In this document: positions 1-6,447 of the stretch, piece after piece | Position numbering within the stretch: position 1 is the stretch's first letter | How the letters are laid out: each line of letters starts with the position of its first letter | Assembly: GCA_965366355.1 (NCBI GenBank) | Contig: CBDUEZ010000001.1 | Span: 1-54,777 of the forward strand | Length of the DNA: 54,777 nucleotides | Reading direction: 5' to 3' | Origin: an uncultured bacterium | GTDB lineage: Bacteria; Gemmatimonadota; Gemmatimonadetes; Longimicrobiales; Gaopeijiaceae | The notes under the pieces: generated by a model | What the model was told of the DNA's origin: nothing | The model's input: only the letters and a program-made list of their open reading frames with translations | Databases searched by the model: none | Made by a program: the position numbers and the translations under genes

Positions 1-96
1 GACCCCCACCACACCCATGATCCCCACCACACCCAGAACGCTGCCCCCCCTCCGAACCGTCCCTGCCGACAAAACACCAAACCGCGACCACATCAT
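1..96 (-). CDS. 5' part of a probable exported or membrane protein (runs off the window edge)
   Basis: Minus strand reads AGGAGG (106-101), then ATG ATG at 96 and 93. The frame is open to position 1 and gives MMWSRFGVLSAGTVRRGGSVLGVVGIMGVVGV, which resembles a signal peptide. Not in the ORF track. Confidence 0.55.
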   Translation of the reverse strand, partial: MMWSRFGVLSAGTVRRGGSVLGVVGIMGVVGV

Positions 97-198
97 CGAT
101 CCTCCTAGGGCGAGTAGATGGAACCCCCTACGCCCCATCTATCATCACATTACATATAATCGCCCCCCCAAGCCAACAGGGAAAACAAAGGGGATCCC

Positions 199-411
199 CA
201 AAACCAGCGATCCGAGCAAAGCGAGGGAGCTCAAAACCAGCGATCCGAGCCCAGGGGGCGAGGGAGCTCAAAAACCAGCGATCCGAGCAAAGCGATGGAG
301 CTCAAAACCAGCGATCCGAGCCCAGGGGGCGAGGGAGCACAAAAACCAGCGATCCGAGCAAAGCGAGGGAGCCCAAAAACCAGCGATCCGAGCCCAGGGG
401 GCGAGGGAGCC
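199..411. repeat. Tandem array of six 33-38 bp units alternating between two types (A-B x3)
   Basis: Shared core CAAAA(A)CCAGCGATCCGAGC at 199, 232, 269, 303, 340 and 374. It is followed alternately by AAAGCGAGGGAGC (type A) or CCAGGGGGCGAGGGAGC (type B). Confidence 0.95.
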
Positions 412-462
412 CGCTGACCCGTACGAGGATGAGGGGGAGAGGAGGCAAGGTCGGAGAAGGGA

Positions 463-557
463 GGAGGGAAGGACGGAGGGACCCTCCCGGAGACGGTCGG
501 AGCCGAAGGCGACGTAGCGAAGCGCGGCTCCGGGAGGGTCCCTCCGTCATTCCCTCC
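463..557. repeat. Long inverted repeat (REP-like hairpin) just downstream of the transporter stop codon
   Basis: 472-492 GACGGAGGGACCCTCCCGGAG is the perfect reverse complement of 528-548. The stem extends to 463/557 with one mismatch. The loop contains GCCGAAGGC and GCGAAGC. Confidence 0.9.
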
Positions 558-561
558 GTCC

Positions 562-2817
562 TCAATCCCCCCGCAGCAACACTTCCCTGAAGACAATCTC
601 CTCTCCCGCCAACACAAACAGCGTCGTCGGAAGGTCCCGGGTCCGCTCCCGCATGTCTTCGAGGTAGTGGCGATACCCCTCCTCGCCGACGGCCTCCGGA
701 GACTGCAGTCCCATCAATACGAGATCGCTGTCTTTCGACACCGTGTGCAGGATCTCGTCGAAGCTCCGTCCCGCCGAGACCTCGACCACCGGCCTCACAC
801 CGGTGCGAGTCGCCTCGATCAATTCGCGGAGGTGCTCGACCGTGGGCGCCTTCGCCTGTTCGTTGGGTACCACCGTGATCATGCGCACATCGGCGCCACG
901 CCACGCCAGGCTCGAACGAAGGAGGTAGCCCAGAATCAGCAGGAGGGCCCCGTTTCCCTGGAGTCCCCCCCACCAGATGTCGACTCGCTTGCGATCGCCG
1001 AATCCACGGTTCTCCGCATCTCTCACCACCACCACGTTTCGTCGGGCTCCGTGCAGGCGGCCGATCATCGTGCAGTAGCGATCACGCAGTTCTTCCTGGG
1101 CGGTGTCGCCCAGCAACACCGTGTTCGGCGACAGGGCGCCCAGTCCGTAATACTCGACCAGGCGCTCCGCTCCCGAAAACGGGTCGGGTGCCGGCACGAC
1201 GCGCACCAGGCCCTGGACTCCACGCTTCGCCAGATACTCCCGGATGCCCTCTTCCTGTGCTTCGCGCCTCTGGGCCGACACCGAGTCGACCGGCACAACG
1301 GTCGCTACGGTCAGGAGTCCCCGGCTCTGGGTGAACCCGTCGGCCAACTCGATGAGGGGCCAACGGCGGGTCGGGGCACCCGAAAGAACGAGAAAGTGGG
1401 GACGCCAGTTCCGGGGGTCACTCTCGGATCGGATTCGAAGCAGTCCAGCTCGCGTGATCGACATCCACACGCCGCGGCGCACGTCTCCAAACGTGGCCTC
1501 GAGGCCCTGCCGCTCGAGCAGAATGAAGACCACCAACACGACCACGGCGGCCGCCAGGGTCGCGAGCGGATTGATCAACAGCATGACGGCCACACAACCG
1601 ACGGCCCCCAGCATCGAAAAGATCCAGGGGACCTGGAACTGGGGTCGAAACGACGGACTCCCGAGGAACCGCTCGACGCCGGCCGCGACGTTGAGCACCC
1701 CGTAGGTCGTGAGGAAGAACATCGTCAGGACCGGCGCGATGAGGTTCAGGTCTCCAACCCAGACCGCGCCGAGGGCGAGCGCCAGGGTCACGATCGTACC
1801 CGCGCGCGGCGTGTCGTCGGGTCCAGCCCCCTTGCCGAGCCAGCGAAGTCGGGCTGGCAGCACTCCGTCGCGGGCCAGGGCCTGCAACACTCGGGGGGCC
1901 CCGAGGATACTGCCGACGGCGGACGACAAGGTCGCCCCCCACACGCCGAGCAGGATTGCGTCACCCCAGAGGGAGATTCGCCGCATGACGAGCGGGTCGG
2001 TGAGCAGGGCCGTGGTGTCGGCCCGGCTCGCCAGCAGGATCGGCAGCGACATGTAGATGACATATCCGACGCCGATCGCCGCAAACGTCCCCTTGGGGAT
2101 CGAGCGCCCGGGGTCTTCGAGGTCTCCCGACATGTTCACGCCGGCCATGATACCCGTGACCGCCGGGAAGAAGACCGCAAACACGACCCAGAACGACTCG
2201 CGCGACTCCTCGGCGACAGCGGCACCGACCGACAGCCCGACCCCGGCCGTGTCGGGCTCGAGGGGCGATCCCAGCACGAGCGAGACCAGCGACAGCGCGA
2301 TCGCCGCCATGATGATGTACTGACTGCGGATCGCGGCCTTGGCCGAGACGAGGGCGAGAGCCGCCACGAGGATCGTGGTGATGACCCCGACCGCCCTCGC
2401 GTCGACCGACGGGAACGCGCCGACCACCGCCTCGGCAAACCCGACGGTGTACAGCGCGACCGAAAGGGCCTGGGCCAGATAGAGCGGGATGCCCACGGCG
2501 CCCCCGGTCTCGATCCCGAGCGAGCGGCTGATCATGTAGTACGCGCCGCCGGTGCGGACCCTCTGATCGGTCGCGATGGCCGCGATCGAGAGCGCGGTCA
2601 GGAGCGTGATCGAGGTCGACAATGTGACGATCAGCAAGGTGCCAGCGAGTCCGACGTTGCCCACGACCCAGCCGAAGCGCAGGTACATGATGACGCCGAG
2701 GATCGTCAGCAGCGACGGGGTGAAGACCCCACCGAATGTCCCGAGGCCGCCGGGACGTCCCGACACTACTCGTGCCTTCGGGGGCGGTCCGGATCGGGGA
2801 GCGTTGCTCTCAGCCAT
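562..2817 (-). CDS. Cation-chloride cotransporter (SLC12/CCC-like) amino acid permease family protein
   Basis: 751 aa. Motifs LGTFGGVFTPSLLTILGVIMYLRFGWVVG, GGAYYMISRSLG, FFPAVTGIMAGVNMSGDL, APRVLQALARD and NWRPHFLVL. About 12 TM segments plus a soluble C-terminal domain. Confidence 0.92.
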   Translation of the reverse strand: MAESNAPRSGPPPKARVVSGRPGGLGTFGGVFTPSLLTILGVIMYLRFGWVVGNVGLAGTLLIVTLSTSITLLTALSIAAIATDQRVRTGGAYYMISRSLGIETGGAVGIPLYLAQALSVALYTVGFAEAVVGAFPSVDARAVGVITTILVAALALVSAKAAIRSQYIIMAAIALSLVSLVLGSPLEPDTAGVGLSVGAAVAEESRESFWVVFAVFFPAVTGIMAGVNMSGDLEDPGRSIPKGTFAAIGVGYVIYMSLPILLASRADTTALLTDPLVMRRISLWGDAILLGVWGATLSSAVGSILGAPRVLQALARDGVLPARLRWLGKGAGPDDTPRAGTIVTLALALGAVWVGDLNLIAPVLTMFFLTTYGVLNVAAGVERFLGSPSFRPQFQVPWIFSMLGAVGCVAVMLLINPLATLAAAVVVLVVFILLERQGLEATFGDVRRGVWMSITRAGLLRIRSESDPRNWRPHFLVLSGAPTRRWPLIELADGFTQSRGLLTVATVVPVDSVSAQRREAQEEGIREYLAKRGVQGLVRVVPAPDPFSGAERLVEYYGLGALSPNTVLLGDTAQEELRDRYCTMIGRLHGARRNVVVVRDAENRGFGDRKRVDIWWGGLQGNGALLLILGYLLRSSLAWRGADVRMITVVPNEQAKAPTVEHLRELIEATRTGVRPVVEVSAGRSFDEILHTVSKDSDLVLMGLQSPEAVGEEGYRHYLEDMRERTRDLPTTLFVLAGEEIVFREVLLRGD

Positions 2818-3649
2818 GTCGCCCCCGGTCCTTCAGGGCCTTGTAGGCCGCGAGGTGCCGCACAGCGCCGGTGAGATCCCCTTTCTCTTCGAGTAGACGC
2901 GAGAGGTTGAAGTGCGCCCCGGCGAGACTCGGGTCGCGGCCCACCGCCTCGGTGTAGGCGACAATGGCATCGTCCACCCGCCCGGCGTCGTCGAGCGCCA
3001 CGCCGAGATTGAAGCGGGCGAGCGCATGGTCCGGATCGGCTCGCACCGCTTGGCGATAGCTGGCTTCCGCGTCGGAGAGGCGTCCGGCTTCGTGGCGAAG
3101 TCGGCCTACATTCACCAGCGCGTCCGGGTGGTGGGGTTCGAGAGAAAGCGCCTCGCCATAGGCCCGGAGCGCCTCATCGACCGATACGGCCTCCAGATCG
3201 AACCCGAGATCGTACCAATCGTCGGCTTCCATCGAACCGGAGGCCTCCCGCTCTCTCGCAGCTCTGGCCGCGAACGGGGCGACCCTCGACGCGAGTTCGC
3301 CGACCGAAAAATCGAAGGCGACCTGCTCGGTCTCGGGGGCCCAGACGGTATCCTGATCGCGCACGAGCACTTCATCGCCGCGGGCCGTGATGTGGACTGC
3401 GCTGAGGGGACGCCCGACCGGCAGTTGCCCGGCCAGGCGCCGCAGCGCACGGGCAATGCGACGCGACGAGAGGCCCTGGGCCCGAAGGCCCTCGGCCGCC
3501 CGGAGCAGAATGATGTCGGGAAAAGAGAACCGGTAGGTGCCGTCGGGAAGCCGAGCCGCGTCGAGCCACCCCTCTCGGGCCCATCGCCGCACTCGATCGG
3601 CAGAGGCTCCGAGAACCTCGGCGACCTCACGCGTCGTGTATCCGGTCAG
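2810..3649 (-). CDS. MerR-type HTH plus TPR-repeat protein (start extended to a probable CTG at 3649)
   Basis: The frame upstream of the track's GTG (3592) is open and reads LTGYTTREVAEVLGASADRVRRWAREGWL...YRFSFPDIILLR, a MerR-like HTH. C-terminal TPRs include DALVNVGRL, ARFNLGVAL and AHFNLSRL. Confidence 0.85.
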   Translation of the reverse strand: MTGYTTREVAEVLGASADRVRRWAREGWLDAARLPDGTYRFSFPDIILLRAAEGLRAQGLSSRRIARALRRLAGQLPVGRPLSAVHITARGDEVLVRDQDTVWAPETEQVAFDFSVGELASRVAPFAARAAREREASGSMEADDWYDLGFDLEAVSVDEALRAYGEALSLEPHHPDALVNVGRLRHEAGRLSDAEASYRQAVRADPDHALARFNLGVALDDAGRVDDAIVAYTEAVGRDPSLAGAHFNLSRLLEEKGDLTGAVRHLAAYKALKDRGRHG

Positions 3650-4182
3650 CCTTCGTCCACCTCGAAGACCATCTCGATTTCGACGGTGAGATTGACCGGG
3701 AGGGCCGCCATTCCCACGGCGGACCGCACATGGCGACCCCGCTCGCCGAACACCTCGTTGAGCAATTCACTGGCGGCGTTCATCACCTGCGATTGTCCGG
3801 TGAAGTCGAGGGCGGAATTGACCATGCCGAAGACGCGGACGACGCGGGTGACACGACTCAGATCGCCGATTTCCGCCTTCAACGAACCGAGAATGCAGAT
3901 AACGACCTGCCGGGCCGCGGCCTGCGCTTCCTCGACGGTCGCCTCCGTGGGCACCTTGCCGCGGCCTGTACCGTCCCACTCCCCACACGGAGCGTGTCCT
4001 GCAGTGAAGATCAGGTTGCCGGTACGGACGGTGCGATCGTAGGCGGAGCGGCTCGGACCCTCCGGTACGGGCAGCACGATTCCCAGTTCCACGAGGCGCG
4101 CCTCGGGATCATACTCCTGGGCTGTGGCCGCACCAGGAACAAGAAGGGCGAGGCAAACGACGGCGGTAAGGCAACAACGCAT
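3646..4182 (-). CDS. RidA/YjgF/YER057c/UK114 family protein with an N-terminal signal peptide
   Basis: Motifs VRTGNLIFTAGH, VMNAASELLNEVFGERGRHVRSAVG and LPVNLTVEIE. Start taken at ATG 4182, giving MRCCLTAVVCLALLVPGAATA|QE. Confidence 0.88.
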   Translation of the reverse strand: MRCCLTAVVCLALLVPGAATAQEYDPEARLVELGIVLPVPEGPSRSAYDRTVRTGNLIFTAGHAPCGEWDGTGRGKVPTEATVEEAQAAARQVVICILGSLKAEIGDLSRVTRVVRVFGMVNSALDFTGQSQVMNAASELLNEVFGERGRHVRSAVGMAALPVNLTVEIEMVFEVDEG

Positions 4183-4268
4183 GGGGTTCCCTCGAGACCT
4201 GGGTTGGACGGCACGGTGCGCGAGGATTTTCGGTGGGCCCGACCACCCGCGCAACCCGGGACGGCTCT

Positions 4269-5120
4269 TCAGCCGCCTGCCGCCTTCTTCTTCGATCCCT
4301 TGCTCGCCGCCTTCTTCTTGCCAGCCTTCGCGGCCGGCTTGCGAGTCTCGTCTTCCTGCAACGACGCCTTCAGTGCCGACATGAGATCGATGATCTGCGT
4401 CGCCGGGGCCTCCTGGGGCGCCGTGACGATCTCCTGACCCTCGACCTTGGCCTGGATCATGGCCAGTGCCCGCTCCCGCACTTCGTCGGTGTAGCGGGTG
4501 GCGTCGAACTCGTCTGAAGCGGCCTGATCGATGAGCTGTCGGGCGAGAGCCATCTCGGCATCCTTCACCTCGGCCTCATCGATCGGCACTTCATCGAATC
4601 GTTTGACCTCATCGGCGTATTTCAGCTGGTCGAGAACCAGACCGTCTTCGTGCGGGCGAATGCGCACGAGGTACTGTTTGCCCCGCGTGGCGTAGGTCGC
4701 GATGGCCACACGCTCCGATTCCCTCAACGCCCGAGACAGGAGCCGGTACGCCCGTGCTCCTCCCTTGTCCGGCCCGAGGTAGTAGGGCTTGTCGATATAC
4801 ACGGCCTCAACCTGGTCGGCCGGCACAAATTCGGTGATGTCGATCTCGTCCTTCTTCGGCATCTCGAGGGCCTTCAGCTCCTCGGCATCGAACAGAACGT
4901 ACTGACCCTTCGCGAACTCGTACCCCTTGGTCATCTCGTTCCGAGGCACCACCACATCACAGGTGGGGCAGATGTACTGCTGTTTCACCCGAGTTCCACA
5001 CTCTTCGTGCATCATGTTGAACGAGACTTTCCGGCCGCTCTCTCCGGTGGAATACAGCTTCACCGGAATGGAAACGAGCCCGAACGAAATGGTCGACGTT
5101 CCGATGGCGCGTGCGCTCAT
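4269..5120 (-). CDS. ku: Non-homologous end-joining protein Ku
   Basis: Motifs RAIGTSTISFGLVSIPVKLYS, KGYEFAKGQYV, DKPYYLGP and IIDLMSALKASL. Lys/Ala-rich basic tail. Confidence 0.97.
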   Translation of the reverse strand: MSARAIGTSTISFGLVSIPVKLYSTGESGRKVSFNMMHEECGTRVKQQYICPTCDVVVPRNEMTKGYEFAKGQYVLFDAEELKALEMPKKDEIDITEFVPADQVEAVYIDKPYYLGPDKGGARAYRLLSRALRESERVAIATYATRGKQYLVRIRPHEDGLVLDQLKYADEVKRFDEVPIDEAEVKDAEMALARQLIDQAASDEFDATRYTDEVRERALAMIQAKVEGQEIVTAPQEAPATQIIDLMSALKASLQEDETRKPAAKAGKKKAASKGSKKKAAGG

Positions 5121-5173
5121 AGTCCAAACACCGTGGGGTCAGGAGTAGGCCGAAGCAAAACCGACTGGAATCC

Positions 5174-5187
5174 GGAACATGTGTTCC
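5174..5187. promoter_or_regulatory. Palindromic candidate operator GGAACA-TG-TGTTCC upstream of ku
   Basis: 6-bp inverted arms containing GAAC-N4-GTTC, located 54-67 nt upstream of the ku ATG. Confidence 0.4.
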
Positions 5188-5208
5188 TTGCAGTCGCAGG
5201 GGCAAGGA

Positions 5209-6324
5209 TCACGACTCGCGTCGCCTGAGCGATCGAACACGCGCCGCCCTGCGCTCGACCTCGTCGAATCCACCCTCGACGGTTCCTGATTCGACGGCCT
5301 CGGCCAGGGCCGCGGCCAGACGACCTGCCGGATGAGGTATGCCCTCGCGAGGGCCGCCGAGGTTCACCGCATCCATGAGCAGGTCCGCGCCCGCCCTCAT
5401 CGAGGCCACCGCCGCAGGCACCGACCCGCCGACCTCCTGACCCGCGCCCCCCATGTCGAGCGAATCGGTCGCGATGACGCCGGAAAAGCCCAATTCCCGG
5501 CGTAGCACGCCGGCCACCACCGCCTGCGACGCCGAGGCGGGGTGCTCGGGGTCGACCTCCGTCCAGACGGCGTGCCCGACCATCACCATGGCCGGAGGGT
5601 CCTGGCCCCCCAGGATCGCCCGGTACGGGGCGAGCTCGGTGACGGCGTCGAAGTCGTCGCCGAGCACCGGCAGCGCTGCGTGCGTATCGAGGGTGGCCGA
5701 TCCGAGGCCCGGAAAATGCTTGAGACAGGTGACGACACCCTCTGCGTGATGGGCTGCAATCACATCACGGGCGCTGTCGATCACCGTGTCTGCGTCGGAG
5801 CCGAAGGTACGACCCTTCCGCGCGAGAGGGCCATCGGCCCGGGTGCCCAGGTCGACGACGGGGGCGAGATTCCCGTCGATCCCCACCCCGGCGATCTCCC
5901 GGGCCTGGCGACGAGCGGCCTCCTGCCGACGCTCGGGGGCCCACGTCGCCAACACGGCCGCCGATGGAAGACAGGCTTCGAAACCGCGCTCGGGGCGCAG
6001 GCGGGCCACCTCCCCGCCCTCCTGGTCGATCAGGATCACGAGGTGCTCGCCGAGCCGGCGGCGGAGATAGGTGCACAGCGCACGGAGTTGGTGAGGCGAG
6101 GTGACGTTCCGGTCGGCCACCCGTCGCGCCTCCACCTCGTCGGCCCCCTCGCTCATCGCCGCACGGAAGCGAGGAACGTCGACGTCGAACAGCACGATGC
6201 TCCCGACTCCGGCGGCGCGACAGATGTCGAGATCAGCCTCCAGTCGCGGATCACCAGCGGCGGCGCCGCGCACCCCGACGGAAAGCAGGGCGCCACATCG
6301 AACGATAGGGTCGTGGGTCAGCAT
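5209..6324 (-). CDS. nagZ: Glycoside hydrolase family 3 beta-N-acetylhexosaminidase (NagZ-like)
   Basis: Motifs IDQEGGEVARL, NLAPVVDL, CLKHFPGLG-x4-DTH and ATDSLDMG. Start set at ATG 6324 because the longer track ORF overlaps ligD. Confidence 0.82.
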   Translation of the reverse strand: MLTHDPIVRCGALLSVGVRGAAAGDPRLEADLDICRAAGVGSIVLFDVDVPRFRAAMSEGADEVEARRVADRNVTSPHQLRALCTYLRRRLGEHLVILIDQEGGEVARLRPERGFEACLPSAAVLATWAPERRQEAARRQAREIAGVGIDGNLAPVVDLGTRADGPLARKGRTFGSDADTVIDSARDVIAAHHAEGVVTCLKHFPGLGSATLDTHAALPVLGDDFDAVTELAPYRAILGGQDPPAMVMVGHAVWTEVDPEHPASASQAVVAGVLRRELGFSGVIATDSLDMGGAGQEVGGSVPAAVASMRAGADLLMDAVNLGGPREGIPHPAGRLAAALAEAVESGTVEGGFDEVERRAARVRSLRRRES

Positions 6325-6447
6325 GACTTCGAAGGTGACATCCCTTCGCCGCAGGGCAAGGCCGGCGCCGGGTGGCGCGCCGTCCCATCGCCGCCGACCT
6401 TGTGGCGACGCCTCCCCGACAGAGTCCCCCCTCAGGCTGCGACGGCA

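Noticed and set aside
155-160. Perfect TATAAT on the plus strand pointing into the repeat array
   Set aside because: There is no recognisable -35 or extended -10. The AT-rich patch is equally explained as the promoter region of the minus-strand gene starting at 96.
199-411. CRISPR array
   Set aside because: The intervening sequences are two recurring variants rather than unique spacers, the units are too short, and there are no cas genes in the window.
17-617. ORFs 17..517 (+) and 231..617 (-) running through the repeats
   Set aside because: They are low-complexity translations of the array whose peptide pattern changes frame with linker length. The plus ORF also opposes the SD-supported gene start at 96.
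667-2874. 735-aa antisense ORF and similar long shadow ORFs (12708..14303, 16445..18226, 37593..39155, 50808..52598)
   Set aside because: They mirror well-supported genes on the opposite strand, are expected from GC-rich codon bias, and show no motifs.
5542-6447. 302-aa N-terminal extension of LigD (1160-aa ORF)
   Set aside because: The extension is the antisense shadow of the GH3 gene. LigD-like sequence begins at GTG 6448.
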